Shown here piece by piece: positions 45,032 to 56,755 of a stretch of DNA of 64,000 nt. This DNA comes from Eledone cirrhosa (Eukaryota): contig OZ024743.1 of assembly GCA_964016885.1 (NCBI GenBank), positions 14,074,001 through 14,138,000 on the forward strand, given 5' to 3'. A program made the translations under genes and the position numbers. The notes beneath the pieces were generated by a model. That model worked only from the letters and a program-made list of their open reading frames with translations. It had not been told where the DNA came from and did no database searches. The stretch's first letter is position 1, and each line of letters starts with the position of its first letter.

Positions 45032-47146
45032 TTAATTTTGGTTGTAATTCTTTTATGTTTATTGCCTCTTTAATTTGTCTAAACATTGCGTCTTTTCTGT
45101 GTGTAGAATCTATTTTTATTTCTATGTTCTCTAATTTACCCTTGTGTTATATCTTAGCATGTTGGTAGAGTACAGATGATTCTTTATTATCTTGAAGGTC
45201 TCGCCAGTGGTCATTTATCCGTTCCCCTACACTACGAGCTGTCTCACATATGTACACTATATTTTTGTCTCTACATTGTCCTTCAGTACATCTTATGCTA
45301 TAGACTACATTTCTAGTTTTACAGTTAAAATGGGGGATTATTTTACAGGTTACACATTCCTTATCTATACATGAGGGTCTTTGAAAAGGGTATGTCTTGC
45401 TAATAAGTGTTTTTACGGAGGTACCTGGTCTTTCTACTATCTTAATATTGAGTTTATGTTTGTTTATGCCCTTCTAAATTTGTAAGCTAGTTCACCTCTA
45501 GGGGTTGTATCGATGAACATTACACTGTGGTATTTATTGCTATAATACCATGAGTTTATTCTATTAGCCTTGTTCCTAGTTCTTTCTATTCTATTCCAAA
45601 ATGTGCTCCTATACAAGGGGCAGGTCCCATTTATGTCATTATTTACCATTTTTTCCCATTTAGTTCTGGCTCCTCTATACACTCTGATTCTATCTCTCTG
45701 ATTGTAGCCAGAGAACTGCATACGGTGGATGAAGTGTTGTATGTGTCTCTCTAGTTCTTCGGGGTTGCACATGCGGGATACATTTCTCATAACCCGTACA
45801 AAATCCGCAATCAGTATGTTGATTTTGGTATGGTCCGAAATGGCCGAGTTTCGCTGGATCAGACGTTTGGAAGTCATGGGTTTGGCATAATGGGAATGGA
45901 GGATTTGTTTTTTGTTGTTAATGGTATCTAACCAGAGCTCTGTGTATAGTACAGGTAATCGATGGTTGGGGTGTTTACTTGGGTAGTCTATAGTAACTCT
46001 AATGCTCTGGTGGATGGAGTTTGCTATTTGCTGGATGCTTTCCATTGTGTTTTTCTCTAGTTCCTGACTGTTCTCTAGTGGGGGTGTCTTAACTACGATG
46101 TTTATATCATCTACGTAGCGGGAGTACATTATCAGGGTTAAGGGGTCTTCTAATTGTTCTTTAAGTTTAAGTTTACTGTCCCACCATACCATGAATAAGT
46201 TAGCTATGTCGCCTGCAATGCTAACACCAATGGCTGCTCCTTCCTCTTGGGCATATGTTTTTCCATTAAATTTGAACATATCTTCCTTAAGGGTTAGTTT
46301 TATGCTGGCCCCTACCGCATGTGCAATCATTTTCTTCAGTTCATCGTGGTTTTCGGATGTCCGTATGGCTCTGGTCCACCCGTTCCATCTATCTGTGTGG
46401 GTGTTCTTGGCCATTGAGGTAATGGTAGGTGGTCTGCTCTTGTAGGGCACAGGTTGCTAAGGTCATAAGTGTCTAGGTAACTATTACTATAGGTAAGCTT
46501 AAGTAGGAGTCCCAGCTCATTAGTATCAATCCCACGGAACTCAACCTTGCTCTCACTGATCATTTCTACGCATTTCTCCACAGCAAAATCCACGTCAATA
46601 GATGGATACAGGGACACAACATCCATACTGCCTATTATGCAGTTTGTTAGGTCCCCAGATCGGTTACTCTGCAGATTCTGCTGAGGAGGTCCTCCGTGCT
46701 GTCACATACATCTGGGAACATTTCGATGATGGGGCGTATGATCAGGGAGAGGAAGTAGGACAGTCTGTAGTTACTAGCAATGTTAGCTCCACAGACTGGC
46801 CTTGTTGGTGGTCCCGCGACAGGGTCACAGCCCGTTTTATGGTCTTTTCGAAGCCCATACAACGCCGGCACGTCATTGTTCCAGGCCTGGAAGTTGTTGG
46901 CAGTCCTTTTGTTGGGCTGCATTATATTCGTCCACATCACCATATGGGCATTGAGGGCTTTTTCTCTATCCTCCTGCTCTTGTGGTGTTACCTCTCTTGT
47001 GTTAGTGATGTGGGGTTGCATTGCCTGGATGTAGTTTGGCAGGCTGTCAACCGACATTCTGCCAGACTTGTCTGTTGGAAAGCATGCTATCTCTCCATTA
47101 CGTGAGCGCTGCATGAGCTTACGCAAGCCATTTGCAGATTTTTCTC
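45032..47146 (-). pseudogene. Inverted second copy of the same RT-endonuclease ORF, independently frameshifted
   Basis: ORF-track segments 46647-47159, 46336-46626 and 45464-46450 match the + strand protein. Confidence 0.9.
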
Positions 47147-50100
47147 GCATTTGCGACATTCAAGAAGGTAAATATGATTAGTTGTCTGTCAGAAATAGAA
47201 AAATCATTTACAAAACTACGCTGGAGCATCAAAAACAAAAACAAAAGCAACAATATACGCACACACATATACAACACACATCCCAACAACAACAGACACA
47301 CAGACACAAACAACAATAACAACAACACACACATCAACAACAACAACAATAACAACATACCCAGAAACAACAACAACAGACACGCAGACACAAACAACAA
47401 TAACAACACACACAACAACAATAACACACACGGAGACAACAACAACAACACACATCAACAACAGCACACATCAACAACAACAACACACACGCATTCAATG
47501 CATCTCACCACCACCACAATCTTAACAAACACACAGACACAGAAAACAAGTAATGACAGTAGCACAGAAATCACAGAAATAAGGGAAAGTAATAGGATTA
47601 AAAGGAGAAGGGAGACTAAGGACAAAGAGAATAACCAAGACGAACACACAGACACACAAAATAGGGTAGATAACAACAATGAGCCAGTGGAAAGAGACAG
47701 GAGTAATTATGAGAGACATAGAAACAACCATGAGGCTGTTGGTGGATATAGAAATATAAACAACACAACTAATAATAACAATGGCACTAGTACACATAAA
47801 GCTGCAGCCTGGAACTCTCCGTTTTATAATCCCTCCGATAAATCATTCGACCTGCGACGAGTCCACGCCACGACTTTACCATTTAACAAACGCACGCAAT
47901 TGCCGTCGCAGGTCGATGAACAAACAGAAGCACAATTTAGTATAGCTAGATCCGAACTTAGAAATATTATAGAACAGTATAGCAAGAAGCATAATAGATT
48001 GGAGGCCCAGCAACTGGGAGAAAAATCTGCAAATGGCTTGCGTAAGCTCATGCAGCGCTCACGTAATGGAGAGATAGCATGCTTTCCAACAGACAAGTCT
48101 GGCAGAATGTCGGTTGACAGCCTGCCAAACTACATCCAGGCAATGCAACCCCACATCACTAACACAAGAGAGCTAACCCCACAGGAGCATGAGGATAGAG
48201 AAAAAGCCCTCAATGCCCATATGGTGATGTGGACGAATATAATGCAGCCCAACAAAAGGACTGCCAACAACTTCCAGGCCTGGAACAATGACGTGCCGGC
48301 GTTGTATGGGCTTCGAAAAGACCATAAAACGGGCTGTAACCCTGTCGCGGGACCGCCAACACGGCCAGTCTGTGGAGCTAACATTGCTAGTAACTACAGA
48401 CTGTCCTACTTCCTCTCCCTGATCATACGCCCCATCATTGAAATGTTCCCAGATGTATGTGACAGCACGGAGGACCTCCTCAGCAGAATCTGCATGAGTA
48501 ACCGATCTGAGGACCTAACAAACTGCATAATAGGCAGTATGGATGCTGTGTCCCTGTATCCATCTATTGACGTGGATTTTGCTGTGGAGAAATGCGTAGA
48601 AATGACCAATGAGAGCAAGGTTGAGTTCCGTGGTATTGATACCAATGAGCTGGGACGCCTACTTAAGCTTACCTATAGTAATAGTTACCTAGACACTTAT
48701 GACCTTAGCAACATGTGCCCTACAAGACCAGCAAGAGGCAGACCACCTACCATTACCTCAATGGCCAAGAAAACCCACACAGATAGATGGAACGGGTGGA
48801 CCAGAGCCATACGGACACCCGAAAACCACGTTGAACTGAAGAAAATGATTGCACATGCGGTAGGGGCCAGCATAAACCTAACCCTTAAGGAAGATATGTT
48901 CAAATTTAATGGAAAAACATATGCCCAAGAGGAAGGAGCAGCCATTGGTGTTAGCATTGCAGGCGACATAGCTAACTTATTCATGGTATGGTGGGACAGT
49001 AGGCTTAAACTTAAACTTAAAGAACAATTAGAAGACCCCTTAACCCTGATAATGTACTCCCGCTACGTAGATGATATAAACATCGTAGTTAAGACACCCC
49101 CACTAGAGAACAGTCAGGAACTAGAGAAAAACACAATGGAAAGCATCCAGCAAATAGCAAACTCCATCCACCAGAGCATTAGAGTTACTATAGACTACCC
49201 AAGTAAACACCAAACCATCGATTTCCTGTACTAGACACAGAGTTCTGGTTAGATACCATTAACAACAAAAAACAAATCCTCCATTCCCATTATGCCAAAC
49301 CCATGACTTCCAAACATCTGATCCACCGAACCTCGGCCATTTCGGACCATACCAAAATCAACATACTGATTGCGGATTTGGTACGAGTGATGAGAAATGT
49401 GTCCCGCATGTGCAACCCCGAAGAACTAGAGAGACACATACAACACTTCATCCACCGTATGCAGTTCTCTGGCTACAATCAGAGAGATAGAATCAGAGTG
49501 TATAGAGGAGCCAGAACCAAATGGGAAAAAATGGTAAATAATGACATAAATGGGACCTGCCCCTTGTATAGAATAGAAAGAAGGCTAATTGAATAAACTC
49601 ATGGTATGATAGCAATAAATAACAGAGTGTAATGTTCATCGATACAACCCCTAGAGGTGAACTAGCTTACAAATTTAGAAGGGCCCTAAATAAACATAAA
49701 CTCAATATTAAGATAGTAGAAAGACCAGGTACCTCTGTAAAACACTTATTAGCATGACATACCCTTTTCAAAGACCCTCATGTATAGATAAGAAATGTGT
49801 AACCTGTAAATAATCCCCCATATTAACTATAAAACTAGAAATGTAGTGTATAGCATAAGGTGTACTGAAGGACAATGTAGAGACAAAAATATAGTGTACA
49901 TAGGTGAGACAGCTCGTAGTGTAGGGGAACGGATAAATGAACACTGGCGAGACCTTCAAGATAATAAAGAATCATCTGTACTCTACCAACATGCTAAGAT
50001 ATAACACAAGGGTAAATTAGAGGACATAGAAATAAAAATAGAATCTACACACAGAAAAGACGCAATGTTAAGACAAATTACAGAGGCAATAAACATAAAA

Positions 50101-50163
50101 GAATTACAACCAAAATTAAATAGGAAATATGAGTGGAACAGCAACATCACAACTTACAATTAA
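47147..50163 (+). pseudogene. PLE ORF: Asn/Thr-rich N-terminus, RT, Cys linker and GIY-YIG endonuclease; frameshifted after ~49210
   Basis: PTDKSG, LYGLRKDHK, TRPVCG, MDAVSLYPSI, QEEGAAIG, YSRYVDD, VYIGETARSVGER, RQITEAINI, PKLNRKYEWN. The called start at 47132 lies in the inversion junction. Confidence 0.9.
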
Positions 50164-50363
50164 GGACAAAATGAAAACACACACACGCAGAGAACAAACA
50201 ACCAACCAGTAACATGTAAATAAACAAATAGATAAATGAACATAAACACACACAGACACCCGGATGTGGCGCATGCGCAGACTGAGCACACAACACACAC
50301 ACAGAAACAAAATGGCCTTGGACAGAACAAAGGAGAGGCACAGACACAAAGAAAGGAATCCCC

Positions 50364-50408
50364 AGTCACTGAAGAGGTCACAGAGTGTGTGACGAAAGAA
50401 CTATGACT
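50364..50408 (+). ncRNA. Minimal type I hammerhead ribozyme (mirror copy 44743-44787, -)
   Basis: AGTCA-CTGAAGA-GGTCAC AGAGTGT GTGAC-GAAA-GAAC-TA-TGACT. Confidence 0.85.
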
Positions 50409-50667
50409 ATATATAAACAACTATCTGGTTGTGGAACCTACCAACCAACCAGAAATTTATAAATTTGTAAATTTATAAATATATAATAAATTGAAGTGAA
50501 AGCAACTGGTGCGTGTGTTTCTTATTGGCAACATGACCCTCCCAAATTTTAACAATATCGGTTTCAACACACGATTTCAGATAAAGAATCTTGCTAAACA
50601 AATTCAGAACCGAAATATATATATATACATATATATGTATATCTATATATATGTATATATATATATG

Positions 50668-50807
<140 letters not shown>

Positions 50808-50816
50808 TATATATAA

Positions 50817-50907
<91 letters not shown>

Positions 50908-50910
<3 letters not shown>

Positions 50911-51320
50911 TGGCTGCCAACTCGTTTTCGAGTATGGCCACTACTTTATATCCATGTAGGAGAACCCCCTACTGATGCGCTGAACAAGTATGACTTTTTA
51001 GTCCAGCCATTGACTTGAAAACTCTGGTACAAACACAACACTTGTGATAATTATTGACATATAATGCTGGACCCATGGTACCATGTGACGACAAGTGCAG
51101 AGAGATCTCCAGATATAAAGCAATGCCTGTGCCGTGAAGCTTTTATAGTGAGCAAAGGCACTGCACAACGCCATTCCCACTCTCTTAACCAAGAGGATAT
51201 TTACCAACAAGAGGAACAAGTCAACATCATTGGATACCATCAGGGTTGCAGGTGTTATATCAGAGTTTTCCTTCTCCTAGAATTCTGCCTTGACAAAGGC
51301 TAAGGGGTCATCTCTCGCGG
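50908..51320 (-). mobile_element. Probable RTE-related element 5' region
   Basis: Minus strand TAGCCTT..AGGCAG..CTAGGAGAAGGAAAACTCTGAT resembles, from recall, the motif in 5' UTRs of RTE LINEs and their partner SINEs. Bounded by (TA)n. Confidence 0.4.
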
Positions 51321-51478
51321 AATATATATATATATGTATATATATACATACATACATACATACATATATATATATATATACATATATATGTATATATATA
51401 TGTATATATATATATGTATATATATATATGTATATATATATACATATATATATATTAATATATATATGTATATATGTT

Positions 51479-51538
<60 letters not shown>

Positions 51539-51906
51539 TATACATATATGCATCCATACATATGTGTGTGTACGAGTGTGAACTAGGGTTAATGTCTGTT
51601 ATCGGCATTGGTTACATAAATAATCAGAAACGTGCTTGTTACAATATTGCCAGACATACATTCGTTCATAAAAATGTAGTTGATTTTCACATCTTTTCCT
51701 AATCCCCTGTATTTAAAATTTCAGAATAATCTATTTTCACTTAAATACATTTTTTAACAAATACTATTCTATTCTACTTCAACACAATTAATTTATCAAT
51801 ACCGTCACTACTAAGCTTTAATCGCTGTAAGACACGTACTTCGATTTATATATACATATTGTTAATCTTTACACACACACACACACGCCCCCCCCCACAC
51901 ACACAC

Positions 51907-52003
<97 letters not shown>

Positions 52004-52004
<1 letters not shown>

Positions 52005-52899
52005 GAGGTGGGTCAGAAAAGTTCCAGGACTGATGTCACAAAAGATGTATTTCAAACACAAACATCACTCTAAAATGTTTCTCCTTCAAAGTAATCCCCC
52101 TGGAGTATGCAACTGTAATCTTAGCTCTTTGCAGCGATCAAACTTTTTTCTTCATAATTGTATATACATGTCCTCTATTTCAGGTCGTCACGCACTGAGC
52201 TCAGAGCAACGAACAAACTTTAAAACTCCGTCAGAAGCACTGGGATTGCTGCAGAAAATGTATGAATTGAGACGATGTCACGTTCACGTGTTTTTGAGCG
52301 GTGCAAGAGGTTTAAAGAAAGACGCGAAGACATGGAAGATGACCCCAGGAGCGGAAGGCCCTCAACAACCAGGACTGAGGTCAATGTTGAACGCGTCAGC
52401 CAGATGGTGCGTAGCGATCGTCGGCTGACTGTTCAACTGATGGCAAATGAGCTGGGCATGAATTGGGACAGCGTCTGGTAGATCCTCACTGAAGATTTGG
52501 ACATGCGGAAAGTCTGCGCGAAGATGGTGTCAAAACTGCTGAACGATGACCAGAAGAGTCGACGCATGCAAGTGTGCCTGGACATCCTCGAGCGTCTTGA
52601 AACCGAACCAGACTTCCTAAGGACAGTCATCACTGGTGATAGTGATGGATCTTCGAGTACGACGCGGAGGGGATCCGTTTTGAAGACGTGGACGACATCA
52701 AAAAGGCCGTGACGAGGGAACTGCGGAGGATTCCGCAAGAATCCTTCCAGGAGTGCATGCAAGCGTGGCAGAAAAGCATGGAAAACTGCATTAGACTCCA
52801 GGGGGGTTACTTAGAAGGAGAGAACTCTCTTAGTGTGAAGTTTGGGTTTGAAATAAATCTTTGTGACAGCAGTCCTGGGACTTTTCTGACCCACCTCTC

Positions 52900-52900
<1 letters not shown>
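52004..52900 (+). mobile_element. Internally deleted Tc1/mariner DNA transposon
   Basis: ~38 bp TIRs CGAGGTGGGTCAGAAAAGTTCCAGGACTGATGTCACAAA and TTTGTGACAGCAGTCCTGGGACTTTTCTGACCCACCTCTCG, TA flanks, [14 protein letters not shown] region, VITGD. Most of the catalytic domain is deleted. Confidence 0.93.
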
Positions 52901-52934
<34 letters not shown>

Positions 52935-53117
52935 AATATAAATTAGCGAGAATCGTATTTCGGCTTAAAAAATTATCCGCACGGCTATAGAAACGACCAA
53001 GTAATTCGGGTCAAACAAATAAAAAGTATAATTGAAAAATTTACCCTGACCCTTGGATGGTTGGTAAAATTCCAGCATTTGGGTTTCTGCGACTCCTAAA
53101 TCAAGTACTGTCCGCTT

Positions 53118-53166
<49 letters not shown>

Positions 53167-53328
53167 CAATTATTTCCCATGTACGTCAATAATCATCTTT
53201 TTCCATTTCTCTGAGGGTTCTTAACCCCATATTCAGGCTAAATAATTTCTTTAATTTCTGTAGTCAAAATACGGCGATAGCTTACATTTGTAATAATTTC
53301 AAACCCGCTCGCTGTTTCGAAAAATATT

Positions 53329-53364
<36 letters not shown>

Positions 53365-53430
53365 AATATTTTATATAAAGAATATATATATATATATATA
53401 TAAATAATATTTTATATAAAGAATATATAT

Positions 53431-53577
53431 ATTGTTATACTTGGGGAGAGTCATATTTGTGTAATATTGGCATATCTGGCAATATTACACAAATATAACC
53501 CTCCCCAAGTATAACAATATTTGTTTCGACACACGATTTCATATAAAAAACCTCGCAAAACTAATTCATCGCCGTTA
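53431..53577 (+). mobile_element. Minimal (~145 bp) fold-back relative of the 44612-50615 family
   Basis: ATTGTTATACTTGGGGAG..TATTTGTGTAATATTG pairs with CAATATTACACAAATA..CTCCCCAAGTATAACAAT, followed by the family tail. Confidence 0.8.
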
Positions 53578-53594
53578 TATATATATATATATAA

Positions 53595-53712
53595 AGGCGT
53601 GTGGCTGAGTGGTTAGAGAATTGGATTCGCAATCGTAAGGTTGTGAGTTCGATTCCTGGACCAGGCGATGCGTTATGTCCTTGAGCAAGACACTTTATTT
53701 CACGTTGCTCCT
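53595..53712 (+). mobile_element. Second tRNA-derived SINE family (CORE/V-like core), 3' truncated
   Basis: A box TGGCTGAGTGG, B box GTTCGATTCC, core TGTCCTTGAGCAAGACACTT. Confidence 0.8.
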
Positions 53713-53810
53713 TCTACCTGGAGTTGCGACCGATAGATAGTATTAGCAATTGGAAAGACCAACGGAAACATTGTTCCCTCGGTCCGATTTGACGAAAGTC
53801 GATCGTTCCT

Positions 53811-53861
<51 letters not shown>

Positions 53862-53863
<2 letters not shown>

Positions 53864-55101
53864 TATATTTAGAGTTATAAACTCAAACAGTCTTTTACAA
53901 TTAATTAGCTCAAAGAAAGAAGCATTTCTGAACCGTGAAATACAAGTTAATATAAATTAATATATGATAAACACTAATATAAACATATAAGCGTTTTTAT
54001 TGTAAATGACCAAGTTAGCTAGATTGAAAAATACTAATTAGATTGATACAGTTTGCCTGTCTCGATTTAAAATAATAAATCAATAAAAACAAACCCATAT
54101 CGGTAATAGCCGTGATACCTGGACAAATTTAAATTTCAAAATCCAAACCTGTTCCGCAGACAAATTAAATTTCAAAACCCAAATAAGTTTCGCAACGATA
54201 ATTTAAAAAAGTTTAAAATTCCAATTCCTGTGGTCATCGGCAGGTATCCAGAAAATTAGCATGTTTCACCTCGAAATATTTAGGAGGACTGGTAGTCAAT
54301 TGTTAACGCACATGGTTTTCCAGCTCCTAGCTATCCCCATACTCATTCGGCTAGAAATAACAGTGGTCTATATGGGACTAAAATTTAGCTCAACAAAAGT
54401 AGCCGTTAATACTATATTTAGAGTTATAAACTCAAACAGTCTTTTACAATTAATTAGCTCAAAGAAAGAAGCATTTCTGAGCCGTGAAATACAAGTTAAT
54501 ATAAATTAATATATGATAAACACTAATATTAATTTAATTTCAAAACCCAAATAAGTTTCGCAACGATAATTTAAAAAACTGAAAAATTCCAATTCCTGTG
54601 GTCATCGGCAGGTATCCAGAAAATTAGCATGTTTCACCTCGAAATATTTAGGAGGACTGGTAGTCAAGTGTTGAGCTAAATTTTAGTCCCATATAGACGG
54701 CTGTTATTTCTAGCAGCATGAGTATGGGGTTAGCTAGAAGCTGGAAAACAATGTGCGTTAACACTTGACTACCAGTCCTCCTAAATATTTCGAGGTGAAA
54801 CATGCTAATTTTCTGGATACCTGCCGATGACCACAGGAATTGGAATGTTTCACTTTTTTAAATTATCGTTGCGAAACTTATTTGGGTTTTGAAATTTAAT
54901 TTGTCTGCGGAACAGGTTTGGATTTTGAAATTTAAATTTGTCCAGGTATCACGGCGATTGCCAATATGGGTTTGTTTTTATTGATTTATTATTTTAAATC
55001 GAGACAGGCAAACTGTATTAATCTAATTAGTATTTTTCAATCTAGCTAACTTGGTCATTTACGATACAAACGCTTGTATGTTTATATTAGTGTTTATCAT
55101 A
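53862..55101. mobile_element. ~550 bp non-coding monomer in tandem plus inverted arrangement
   Basis: Unit 53862-54410, partial direct repeats at 54411-54530 and 54535-54672, inverted copy at 54673-55101, (TA)n flanks. Confidence 0.75.
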
Positions 55102-55119
55102 TATTAATTTATATTAACT

Positions 55120-55167
<48 letters not shown>

Positions 55168-55170
<3 letters not shown>

Positions 55171-56025
55171 ACAGGGGGGAAGAAAAGAAAAAAAAATGGC
55201 TTCACTTGTGCTTTCAACAAATTTATTTTCTTCACAAAATCCAAAAAGAATTTTTTTCCGGATTAGAAAAAAATGTTTTTTTTGTTTTTTTTTTTCCTTA
55301 AAAAAAATTATTTTATAAATTAAGTTGTTGGTTGTTGGTTAGGTCTTAGGAGTTTTTGGTTAACGTAGGAGGTATTGTTTCGTTTTTAGAACGACTTTTC
55401 ACGCTGAGGTGCGCTTGTCAAACTGATGTGTATGTGGTGTGTTGTTCTATAGATAGGGATTTAACATGTCTGTCGTGTGGTGGGGGTTTTTTTCTCCCCC
55501 TTTAATAAGTGTAGGGGTGTAGGTGTGTTGAAAAAGTGTTAATAGCAGTAATGAGTTGAGACGGTGCGTAGAGTTGGGTGGGGAGAAATGTAGCAAGTGC
55601 GGCCTGCCCCGGTCATTCTCGAAAAATTCCTTTATTCAGGGGAAAAAAGCTTTTAGTATTCCTTTGTGTTGAGAATGGTCATAGGCAACCGCACCTGCCA
55701 AGTTTGTAAACAATTATTTTTTTCTGAAGAATTTTTCTACGTCCATCCCAAAATTAGTCCTTTGTTCAACACACACATATGTGCGTATATACGTACATAC
55801 ACACACGGGCATATGTAGGAATATATAGGCTCACACCATCAATCACACACCCATGTACATATACATCCACATACATACATAAAAACATATAAAAACACAT
55901 ATACACATACGTACACACACGAATATGTACTCATACCTCCACATGGGTATATATATATATACATACATACATACATATACACAAATAAAGATACATAACT
56001 AAATATACATATATACACATACACG

Positions 56026-56067
<42 letters not shown>

Positions 56068-56172
56068 CATATGTCCGTATATATACCTCCGTTGACACAT
56101 ACATGCATACACACACACACGCACACACACATATATATATATATATATAGGGAGAGAGAGAGAGAGAGGCAT

Positions 56173-56211
<39 letters not shown>

Positions 56212-56514
56212 AATATATACATACACATATATATACACATATGTACACATAAACACATACGGACACATACACACCTATACATACATATACACACATATAT
56301 ATATCTATATATATATATACACATATATATATATATATACATACATACACATACACATACAAATACATACATACACACATACATATATACACACATACAT
56401 ATACATACATACATATATATATATATATACATATATATACATACACACACACACATACACACATATATATATATGTGTACACACAAGCACATAAAGACAC
56501 ATATATACATACAC

Positions 56515-56545
<31 letters not shown>

Positions 56546-56689
56546 TACATACATATACATACATACATACATATACACATACAGAAACATACATATATGT
56601 ACACACATATATACATATATGCACATACACACACACACATATATATAGATACATACATATACATACACACACATATAAACATATATCTA

Positions 56690-56755
<66 letters not shown>

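Larger units (their letters stand above)
44612..50615 (+). mobile_element. 6 kb fold-back Penelope-like element with ~2.5 kb inverted arms
   Basis: 44612-47146 is the reverse complement of ~48018-50556, with unique spacer 47147-48017 and a ~60 nt tail on the right. (TA)n flanks and a hammerhead in each arm. Confidence 0.93.

Noticed and set aside
53595-53670. tRNA gene
   Set aside because: It has A and B boxes but no complete cloverleaf, and runs into a SINE core.
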